A stretch of 64,000 bases of DNA. Origin: Setoptus koraiensis (lineage: Eukaryota > Animalia > Arthropoda). The stretch lies in NCBI GenBank assembly GCA_048013815.1, contig CM106585.1, forward strand, positions 9,238,001 through 9,302,000. The letters run 5' to 3'. A program made the position numbers and the translations under genes. Of the stretch, positions 49,856 through 59,916 are shown in pieces (the first letter of the stretch is position 1; every line of letters starts with the position of its first letter). A model generated the notes under the pieces. That model was not told the origin of the DNA, searched no databases, and saw only the letters and a list, made by a program, of their open reading frames with translations.

Positions 49856-49955
49856 TCTATCAAATAAATTAACGAATGAGATAAGATCACCCATGGGCGT
49901 AGTTTATTAAACAACAAATTTCTAAACAACATTGATCGAGTTTTCGCCCACTTTT

Positions 49956-52853
49956 TCAACGCTCTATCCTTACTTGACTAAACGTCACTGATGAAAGTTG
50001 CTCTATAAGTCTTTTAATATCAGCCACCTCATCTCTGATTTCATCCAAGACCTTCTTGTCAACATGGATAACATTCTTCTCACCATTAACCCCGGACTCG
50101 GACGTACTATCACTCGTGATGTTTCCACTATTTGAAGGCTTCATGTTTAAAGGCGGTGCGTTATTGTTGTTTTGCTGATACCTGACGGAGCTGTGAGCCA
50201 CATTTGTTTGTTGATGTTGAGATCTATGAGGCGATTGCTGGTGATTTTGTTTCACCAACGGCACATTCTGTTCCAAACTACTAGAATCAACAACTGGCAA
50301 TGTGGATGATTGTAGTATCTTTTGACCCGTCGAAGGTACTTGTGCATTAGTCAGTTTGGTGGTTAAAGTTTTTGGAGTAAGTCTGCTATTAATGGTACCC
50401 CGTCCCTGATATAGCGGTTTTATTGAAGATGATGATAAAGGTGATCCAATTTCAGACGAAGGACAATTTACTATATTAATCCCAGTAGGCTTGATTGGAT
50501 TTCTTTGATATGTCAATGATCTTGTGCGGTTGTCATTTGTCGGAGTTGTTGAATCCACAATAGTTTGTCTGCATGGAGGGACCAGTCTAGTGCTCGGTGA
50601 TTTAGTGTTGTGAAATATACTGGATGAAGATATATTTCCGCTACTTCCATTAATGCTATTATTACTGCCAGCATTTTTTCCTGCTCCAGTATGATAGTAA
50701 TGAAGATGATTACCGAAGGTCAATCTGTCAGAAGAGTTATTCTTTGCATTTGTTGCACTGTGTTCATTCAGGCCAAGACCACCAATTGAGCTCGTAGATT
50801 TGACTTTAGCCATCGACAATTGTCTTGAAGTTCTCGATGGTGGGACAAGAGAGGGTGAGTTGCGACAATTAGTGTTGGCACTGCATCCAATGGGTCCTGG
50901 TAATTTGTTGGCTGGTGGTCTGAATGGACTATTCCGTTGTTGTCCAGAATTGGGGACGCTTTGGTCATGATTTCCAACAGTTGTCGTGATGCTACGGTTG
51001 ATATCAACTGTGCTAGCAGTTTGACTATGACTATTGTTTAGATTGGGTTTGTTCTTTGTTGAGTCCGTTATTGTAGTTGATGTTACATGAGTAGCAGCTA
51101 TCGATGGGCTGGAAGACGTAGAGCCAGGTGCATTTCTAGACACTGTAGAGTTTGTAGATCCAAGAAATGAGTGATTTGGTGGTCTAAGGCCAAATCCAAA
51201 GCTTCTAGGTTGTTGCGGTAGTCCACTTGAGGGAGATGCAGAAGAGGACTGCTGCTGATTACGGTCTTGTCCCTGGATCATACTTTTATTTATACAGATA
51301 TCTTTGTTATATTCTACTATCACTGGTTGTATAGATCGACTAGGATGTTTATTATCTATTTGAAATAGGTTCTCTTTGGTGTGTTTTTTTGTTTCTTGTC
51401 CGTTGCTATTATTATTAGTTGTTATTCTATTAGAATTATGATCTTTGCTATCCTTGCTACCTAGTATGACATCGATATAATCTAAGGATGAGAATGATGA
51501 ACTCGACGAAAGTGATAGGCAGTCATTTTTCGTTTTATTTGATTTGAGCGAATCACCAGCTATTTTGCTGCATAGATGATGGTCGCCTTTGGTGATCAAT
51601 ATTGTTGGGGTATAATCAATATTGTTGCTGGTAGATGTACTAGTGGATATACTCTCATCATTTGTACCTCCAGACGATGTTGTTGTTGCTTTGTTGTTGT
51701 TTGTACCATAGTATCCGTCTAATATATTGGCAGCTTTGTCCAAGGCTATCAATTTATTGTAATAATATTGATAATAGTGATATTGATGATCATAACATGG
51801 TCCATCGTAAGAGAAATGTGTATCTAGATCAGTTGATCGGTCAGCTATAAGTGAATCTCGTTGAACTGTATAATAATTGTTGTTGTGATTATCGTTCAAT
51901 TCGTTGGTCATTCCTCCATTTTGTGATATCTTCAATAATGAAACCTCAGCAGCTGATAATACAATATGATGAATTTGTTGGTGATGTCTTTGACTGTGTG
52001 GAAATTCTGATTGTTGCTGCTGCTTCTGTTGATGATGATGTTGTTGTTGTTGTTGCTTGCTGCTACTGATGAGCGTTGTTCGCTCTTGTGCACTAGCTTC
52101 GGATGACAACGCGGCAGGACAAGCGACAGGATCATGTGTTCTATTGCTCCTATTTGACTGCTGTTGCTCTTGTGACTTCTTGCTGGCACTAATGTAACGA
52201 ACACTATGATTATTATTATTATCAAACCTTTTCAAACTTTCATGTGGCAAATAAACCAATGAGCTACACTTTTTACTATTATCATCCTTTCTTTTGTTGC
52301 CTCTTGTACCATCAAAACTAGATTGTCCACCACTCAATGATGATGCGATGATTAACGACTTTGCATAATCAACGGCGGCTCTATTACTGCTGTCAAGACT
52401 CTTTAATAACTTGTCACAGTGTCTATTGGTACCATCAAAAATTTTGTTTTCATTTTTCATTGGTGATTTTATTATTTTTTTTCTCTTCAAATGTTTCGAT
52501 AATGTCGAGTAGCCAATTAGGCTCTTAATGAATGTTTGTTCATTTGGTGGCTGTTTCGCTGAATTGTTGTTGCTGAGCTGCCGTAGTGAGGGGCTACAAT
52601 TAGACGATGCCGATCTACCCAAAACGATATTGTTGTTTTTCGCTTGTTGCCTCTTCATTCTTTTTTTAATACTATAAACATCATTAGTTAATAGTATCGA
52701 TGGGCAACTTTTTTGACTTCGATCCTCAATCCTTGAGTGCTGACTGTAAAGACACGACGATGATCGCCTCAAATGACTGTGATCCATCACTCTAGGTAGA
52801 TATTCGTATCGCATCATCTCGGCCCCCTTCGGACCACTCTGACCGGAGCCCAT
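49956..52853 (-). CDS. 965-aa Ser/Asn/Gln-rich, probably disordered protein of unknown function; N-myristoylation-like start and C-terminal coiled-coil-like segment
   Basis: Uninterrupted 2.9-kb ORF from ATG. Starts MGSGQS (G2, S6) and ends VLDEIRDEVADIKRLIEQLSS. Minus-strand AATAAA at ~49900. Confidence 0.85.
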   Translation of the reverse strand: MGSGQSGPKGAEMMRYEYLPRVMDHSHLRRSSSCLYSQHSRIEDRSQKSCPSILLTNDVYSIKKRMKRQQAKNNNIVLGRSASSNCSPSLRQLSNNNSAKQPPNEQTFIKSLIGYSTLSKHLKRKKIIKSPMKNENKIFDGTNRHCDKLLKSLDSSNRAAVDYAKSLIIASSLSGGQSSFDGTRGNKRKDDNSKKCSSLVYLPHESLKRFDNNNNHSVRYISASKKSQEQQQSNRSNRTHDPVACPAALSSEASAQERTTLISSSKQQQQQHHHQQKQQQQSEFPHSQRHHQQIHHIVLSAAEVSLLKISQNGGMTNELNDNHNNNYYTVQRDSLIADRSTDLDTHFSYDGPCYDHQYHYYQYYYNKLIALDKAANILDGYYGTNNNKATTTSSGGTNDESISTSTSTSNNIDYTPTILITKGDHHLCSKIAGDSLKSNKTKNDCLSLSSSSSFSSLDYIDVILGSKDSKDHNSNRITTNNNSNGQETKKHTKENLFQIDNKHPSRSIQPVIVEYNKDICINKSMIQGQDRNQQQSSSASPSSGLPQQPRSFGFGLRPPNHSFLGSTNSTVSRNAPGSTSSSPSIAATHVTSTTITDSTKNKPNLNNSHSQTASTVDINRSITTTVGNHDQSVPNSGQQRNSPFRPPANKLPGPIGCSANTNCRNSPSLVPPSRTSRQLSMAKVKSTSSIGGLGLNEHSATNAKNNSSDRLTFGNHLHYYHTGAGKNAGSNNSINGSSGNISSSSIFHNTKSPSTRLVPPCRQTIVDSTTPTNDNRTRSLTYQRNPIKPTGINIVNCPSSEIGSPLSSSSIKPLYQGRGTINSRLTPKTLTTKLTNAQVPSTGQKILQSSTLPVVDSSSLEQNVPLVKQNHQQSPHRSQHQQTNVAHSSVRYQQNNNNAPPLNMKPSNSGNITSDSTSESGVNGEKNVIHVDKKVLDEIRDEVADIKRLIEQLSSVTFSQVRIER

Positions 52854-54058
52854 AACTCACTATACTGCTACACTTTGTTTATCTATTTAACTTCACCTCG
52901 ACGTACCTGAAACATGTAAACAAACCAGAGTTAATGTTTTGTTTTTGTTGATATGGAAAATTGTGACATGACTACTGTTGCGACCATTGGTCATTGACGA
53001 ATCAAGATCGCTCAATTTTGCTCTTGTTGTTTTCGTTGTTACAACTTGTTACTGCATTGTAAATTGTTGTTGCAGCAGCCGTTGCGACAGTTATTGCTGG
53101 TACTATTGTTGACGATGTCGTCGTCGTTATGATTGTTGTTGCTTGAGCAATGGTTGCCATAGCTGGTCAGCTCGATGCAAATTGCGCAATGCAGCTACAT
53201 GCAACAACAAGTGTGGAACATTTCTGTTCTGTCGTGACATCAACCTCCTCTTGAATGTTCACTCAGGTATTTTGGTCTTAGCGAGACAAACAACTTACAC
53301 TGTGTTATTGTTGTTGCCTTTGTTGTTGATCACTACCACCACCACCACCATCACCACCACCATGGGTCAACAACAACAAGCTCTTACAAAGTCACAGTAT
53401 ATGAGACTTCCATGTTGAATCCCTGTAGTTTCTGCTCGACTACAGGGTTGCCTTTTGTTTGTTACTCTTGTGTTCTATTATATTCATGAGAGAATATATA
53501 TACATACTCAACGATCCGTTATCTTCCATAAAATCTCTGGGTCATATCACTTTAACCACAGAACAAATGCTGAACAAATCCAACACAGTCCAACTCGACG
53601 AAACTAGTTTTCTTTCATATTCAAGAGAGTCGCTGTTAGCTAACCAGTTCAGGCTAGAGTCATTTGCTCAACATGGAATCTAACATTAATTCAGCTGCAT
53701 CAAGAAATATGATAAGAGTTGTGCTCAATTCCAATTATGCTGGACTAAAAATGAGAGGCTTTTCTGACACGGTCAGAAGTAGTTGATATCTATTGATCAG
53801 TGAAAAAACATTAACACAGTAAGGCACCATATTTTGACATGAAGTCTCAAAATAATGAAAACACCACAAGAAATGGTTCGGGAAAATTATGTCCGTGCAC
53901 ATAAGGAAGTTATGGATGAGTTGTGATCGATATGAAGAGATTTGATTACTGGCACAATGACGACCAGAGCGTTGAATAATCGAGCTAACAATGGTCTAAT
54001 TAAATAATTCAGACAGTCGCAGTTTGAATGGGGTTCATTATTTTGTTTATTTGATAGA

Positions 54059-54520
54059 TTAAGCCTTCTTCTTGGACACACCGACGGTTCTACCTCTTCT
54101 ACCTGTGGTCTTGGTGTGTTGTCCACGTACCCTGAGTCCCCAATAATGACGGAGACCTCTGTGGGCACGGATCTTTTTCAATAATTCCAAATCTTCACGA
54201 AGCTTCACCTCAAGCACGTTGGCCATAACTTGTGAATTCTTTCCATCTTTCAAATCCCTTTGTCTATTTAGAAACCAAGTTGGTATTTTGTATTGTAATG
54301 GATTGGACATGATGGTGACCAATTTTTCTACCTCCTCTTCGGAAAGCTCGCCGGCTCTCTTGTTCGGGTCGACATCGGCCTTTTTACAAACCAAACAGGC
54401 AAATCTTCTTCCGCAACCCTTGATGGCTGTTAGGGCGTATGTTACCTTCTTGCGTCCATCAATGTTGGTGGACATAACACGCAAAATGTGTTGAAATTTC
54501 TCTGGAACAACCAACGACAT
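54059..54520 (-). CDS. RPS18: 40S ribosomal protein S18, copy 2 (153 aa)
   Basis: True ATG at 54520 (the ORF track extends it upstream). Base-by-base comparison shows it is the exact reverse complement of 49394-49855. Confidence 0.98.
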   Translation of the reverse strand: MSLVVPEKFQHILRVMSTNIDGRKKVTYALTAIKGCGRRFACLVCKKADVDPNKRAGELSEEEVEKLVTIMSNPLQYKIPTWFLNRQRDLKDGKNSQVMANVLEVKLREDLELLKKIRAHRGLRHYWGLRVRGQHTKTTGRRGRTVGVSKKKA

Positions 54521-55205
54521 CTTGTTAATAACAGTAATTGCAAGGATCCAATAGAGAAAATATCTGAATATTTCTGATAAATAATAATTCACATTCCAGC
54601 AAATGGCAGATACGCTTTTCGAACACATGCACTGCCGTATCCAGTACAGGGTGGCTCAATACTCATGAGCTGAAATGTAGAACCGGCAAGTCTGGAGTTT
54701 AGTTGCAGTAACTGCGTCAAGGGGGCTCTAGTGAAAAGCACAAGTTGTGGTGCACTAGTAGTGCACAACCAGCAAAAGCGTCACCTGCAGGATGACTCCA
54801 GAGCTACATAATGAAGAACGGTTCTGCTCAGGTTCTGTGGAATCATGCGCTTGTTTGCGCATCAGATAAATTAGAATTGTGCGCAGTTGCACTTAAAACT
54901 CAAGAATAATGGCGCACCCTATATACTATTCCGGTGTTTATTGCGCATGGTCACAAGCGTAAAAGGGCCGCGCTTAATTTAAAACACTGTGGGGCCCCAG
55001 ACTGATTCTTGGCAACAATTTGTTGACTTGTGATTCCGAGGAATAACTTCAACAACTAGTGCTATCAGAAGTTTGTGAGATTATCTTCTAGATAATGGTT
55101 TCTACTAGTGATTGAGGTAGTCTGACCATCACATTGCAGCACAAGTCTGCGCAGATTCAACTTAGTTATCTGTGAACGGGAGATACAGTAGTTTCAATAA
55201 TTCCA

Positions 55206-58200
55206 ATGATAAATTTAGTTTCTTGCGCCTTTTCTGCGGGCTCTAAATGGAAACAAACAACTCATTCAGATAGAGTGTTTGATAGCTTTGATAGCCATGA
55301 GAAGAGAGTCGCAATTTTGCCACCTGCAAATTGCGAGCATCAGCCTGCAAAGTCGATGGACAATGACCATCAATCATCATTTGATGTTATGAGCCAATCT
55401 AAACTACAGATTTCATATGCACAACAACAGCGACTATCGGCAAGTAAAACTTGTATTACGATACCAACTACTTGCGAATATAACTGCAACAATATCAACA
55501 AGAGTGAAATCAGAACAGAAACTTTGCCAGTCGATCACGTGTTAAAATATGAAAACAGAGGCAACGGCACAATATCAACATTATCTCATCCTACAGGCCA
55601 CCACGGATGGTTGAATCCTGGTTCGGTAGGTTTCGCTTACGATTGCGATAATAATACCAATATTAGTGAACATCAATCATTTGATAATGTACCTCTCAGA
55701 GAGGAATTGTTACAGCACCATCAACAATCTATTTGTCTCGAATCAATGAACAAGCAAGCCATAGAATCTACGGAACCAAAGTGCAGCAACTCTCCACCGG
55801 ATACAGAAACCAAATGTGACTTGTTAGAGAACAGTAACATTGTCTCATCGTCAGTCAAACCAACAAAAGAAACCATATTTTTTCGCACTGATGAAACGAC
55901 TCTGTCGGAAAACGCAACTATGAATAAGTTAACAAATAATGATTATAATGAACATGAAATACTCGTAATCCATAAAGACAACGGAAGTGCCGCCACTCTA
56001 TTTTCGTCCAACAGTCTATGCAATTCAATTACAACTCGCATGCCAGTGTGGCTGACAAGATTGTTTTCAGGTCGTTGTCGTCAAGATTATTCAAGTGCAC
56101 CGAGAACTAAAATTTGTGACTACGCACCGTCAAAATGGATTGAACCAGACCGCCACCATGGTGGTGGTCAAACTAACCAAGACAGAACTCTCAGATCGCA
56201 TCAATTGTCTATGAGTGTAGATAACAACAGAAACATTTTGAATAAGTCCAATAGTTGTTATTCCAATCAAAACGATTCATCAGCTAATTTTATCAGTGCA
56301 CCCTTGCCCTGCATTGTCGTCAATAGCGATCAACGTGATCACCATCGTTCAATGGTGGATTGGTCCAATTTGAACAAAAACAACAAATATGGTGCGAATG
56401 AATCAGCGGTAATCGAATCACGACGTCAATCAGAGACTATGGTGTCACAAACACACAACACTTGTTTTTGTTGCTGTCGCCTAAAACTTAATCAACCCAA
56501 AGATTACAAATTCTATCTTTTGGTGTGCCTAATGATAATTGGATTGATCTCTGTAGTTATGGTTGCAGTTGCTTCAGTCATGATCTACTTAGGCAATGGT
56601 AAGTATCGCAGTTGAGTAGGTCATTCAGGCTAACAAAGCATGTGCTAGGTTTAACTCGACTAAAGAACTAAGAAAAAGTTTCTATTTGCAGACGGATATC
56701 GCACATCTGGACGTCCGACAAAACAATTCACATCCGTGCCAATATCAACAACAGCAGCGGCTCATAAGAAAAATTTCAACAGAGTTGACGCCACTAATGA
56801 TAGCACTAAATCGGGTCTCTGGATTGTTCACACAGCGGGCAAGTATATTACAAGATGATTGACATTTGATATATTGGATAGATATTAGGAGACGAGAGCG
56901 AGAGTGTTGTTGTTGATTCTGATAATTGTTGATTGTTGTGAGCTGATAGCGACAGTTTTAATTAGCAGAAGATAAGAGCGCAAGAGGACCGTTCGCTCTT
57001 CAGATAAGTTACGTGATGGCAGCTTGAGTGACAGCATTGAAAGTTAACTTGTCTGGTCTATCTTCAAAATGCCTGCACGTGGAGCCCTCATTAGACAGCA
57101 AAGTTGCTCCTCTTTTCAACTTTAGGAAAGCTTATTGCTAAAAAGAGAGAAAACAGTGCAGTGTTGATTATTGTCTGGCGTTAAACATGAGGAGCTTCAA
57201 ACAATTGTTGGCGTTGAAAAGAGAGGGAGAGATAGCGGGCCTCATAGAGGTCTAAAACAAGCCCTAGGTTATGGTTNNNNNNNNNNNNNNNNNNNNNNNN
57301 NNNNNNNNNNNNNNNNNNNNNNNNNNNNNNNNNNNNNNNNNNNNNNNNNNNNNNNNNNNNNNNNNNNNNNNNNNNNNNNNNNNNNNNNNNNNNNNNNNNN
57401 NNNNNNNNNNNNNNNNNNNNNNNNNNNNNNNNNNNNNNNNNNNNNNNNNNNNNNNNNNNNNNNNNNNNNNNNNNNNNNNNNNNNNNNNNNNNNNNNNNNN
57501 NNNNNNNNNNNNNNNNNNNNNNNNNNNNNNNNNNNNNNNNNNNNNNNNNNNNNNNNNNNNNNNNNNNNNNNNNNNNNNNNNNNNNNNNNNNNNNNNNNNN
57601 NNNNNNNNNNNNNNNNNNNNNNNNNNNNNNNNNNNNNNNNNNNNNNNNNNNNNNNNNNNNNNNNNNNNNNNNNNNNNNNNNNNNNNNNNNNNNNNNNNNN
57701 NNNNNNNNNNNNNNNNNNNNNNNNNNNNNNNNNNNNNNNNNNNNNNNNNNNNNNNNNNNNNNNNNNNNNNNNNNNNGCGCGCGGCGAGGGGCGGCGCGGG
57801 AACGAGCGAGGGCGAGAGAGAGACAGAGCGAGGGAGAGAGAGAGAGGGAGAGCGCGAGAGCAGAGGCCGAGGCGCGCCGCGCGCGCGCCGCGCGGGGTTC
57901 TGGGTGCGGTGGGTGCTGCGAGAGGAGAGAGACGGAGGAGAGCGAGAGGAGGGAGCGAGGGAAGAGAGAGAGAGCGAGGGAGAGAGGGACGTGAGTGGGG
58001 TGTGAGGAGGGAGAGCGAGAGAGGGAGGAGCAGAGCGTGTGGGGCTGTGCTAGTGTGGGGTGTGGGCGAGCGTTTGGGGGTGCGCGGCGTGAGGTGGGTG
58101 TGGGGCGGTGAGGTGAGCGTGTGAGCGCGAGTGCAGAAGTGCTGCGAGTGCGAGAGAGAGCGTGGCGTGAGGGACAGGGTCGTAGCGGGCGAGTTGCGTG

Positions 58201-59870
58201 ATGAGGGCGTGGGGTGCGCGTGTGGTCGCGTGGGTGCGCGCGTGTGGTGTGAGGGTGGCGCGCGGGGTGCGAAGAGAGAGAGAGCGGAGCCGGGAGAGAC
58301 AGAGAGGGGCGAGAGAGGGAGAGGAGGCGAGCGCGCGCGGGGGCGGCGGGGCGGGAGAGCGGGAGAGAGCGAGAGAGAGAGAGACGGAGCGAGAGGCGAG
58401 GGAGAAGGAGAGAGGAGCGAGAGAAGAGCAGGGGAGCGCAGGGCGCGAGCGCGGTGTGTGGGCGTTGAGGACGTGGGGGGAGTGAGAGTGGGGTGGGGGC
58501 GTGTGTGTGTGTGGGAGTAGGGGAGGGGTGTGGGGTGGCGTGCGTGGTTTTGTAGAGTGAGGTGGGGGTGGAGTGGGAGCGGCGTGTGTGTGTGTGGGGT
58601 GGGGTGTGGGGGGGTGGGGTGGGGTTGGGGGGTGTGGTGGGGGGGGGGTGTGTGGGGGGGGGTGTGTGGGTGGGGGGGTGGGGTGAGGTGGGGTTGTGTG
58701 GGGTGTGTGGTGGGGGTGGTGGGGTGGGGTGGGGTGTGGGGGGGGTGGGGGTGGGGGTGGGGTGTTGGGGTGTGTGTGTGTGTGTGGTGTGTGTGTGTGG
58801 GTGTGAGTGGGAGGGGGGTGAGGGGTGGAGGGTGTGTGGGGGTGAGTGTGGTGAGTGGGTGGGTTGTGGGTGAGTGGTGTGGAGGGGGGGGTGTGGGGTG
58901 GGGGGGGCGGGGTGTGAGTTGTGGGGGGTGGGTGTGTGTGTGGGTGTGGGTGAGGGGGTGGTGAGTGTGTGGGGTGGGGGAGAGGTGGTGAGTGGGTTGG
59001 GGGTGTGGGGTGGCGTTGGGGGGGGGTGGGGAGGGGGGTGTGGGGGTGTGTGTGTGTGTGTGGGGGGTGGGGGGGGTGTGTGGGGTGTGGGGGGTTGTGG
59101 GGGTGGTGGGGGGGTGTGTGTGGGGTGTTGGTGTGTGTGTGTGGTGTGTGAGGTGTGAGGGGTGTGGGGGTGGGTGGGGTGGTGTGAGGGGTGTGTGGGG
59201 GGTGGGGGGGTGGGGGGGGGTGGGGGAGGGGGGGGTAGGGGGGGGGGTTTGGGGTGGGGGGGGGGGGGGGGTAGGGGTGGGGGTTGGGGGGGGGGGGGGG
59301 GGTTTCGGGGGGGGGGGGGGGGGGGGGGGGTGGGGGGGGGGTGGGGGCGGGGGGGGGGGGGAATATAAATAAAATGCAATTAAAAGATATTAGCTAAAAA
59401 TAATTTTGGAAGAACGAATAGTCACTATTCTGTTTACAACGACAATAATGATGCTGCTGATGATGACAAACGTTACAAAAACAGCACCAAGTTACGTGAT
59501 ACAAAACAATTCAAGAGTGTCGACAAACCACAGCCGCAATCTGCACCAGTGAATCCTTCGGCAAAACTAGTGTCACCAGCATCGTCGAATAACGGACCAG
59601 CGTCGCATTCGATTCAATATCCATTGTGCGGAACGGACGGAAACGATTATTCAACGTTATGTCAGCTATTAAACTCTTCGTGTATTCACCAGATGGACAT
59701 CAGAGTGAAATCGATAGGATCTTGCAGTAAGTTGCACGTTAATTTGTTTTTGTATTTCTATGGTCGCTATATCTATATAAATGATCATTTGACACATATT
59801 TCACAACTTGTGAACCACAAGACAACTACCACTGCAATCCCTTCAGCGAGGTCGCGAGAGATGCAGACAC

Positions 59871-59916
<46 letters not shown>

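Noticed and set aside
53420-53450. 9-bp hairpin CCCTGTAGT/ACTACAGGG with a miR-10-like ACCCTGTAG on the minus strand
   Set aside because: The hairpin is only ~27 nt, far too short for a pre-miRNA, and the rest of the mature sequence does not match.
54521-54628. 36-aa N-terminal extension of RPS18 copy 2 in the ORF track
   Set aside because: It begins at a non-ATG codon, is absent from copy 1 and is not part of the conserved RPS18 sequence; probably 5' UTR or intron.
57171-59379. Long Pro/His- and Gly/Val-rich ORFs (e.g. 732 aa on minus)
   Set aside because: They run through Ns and the G-rich tract. Stop codons are absent only because of base composition.
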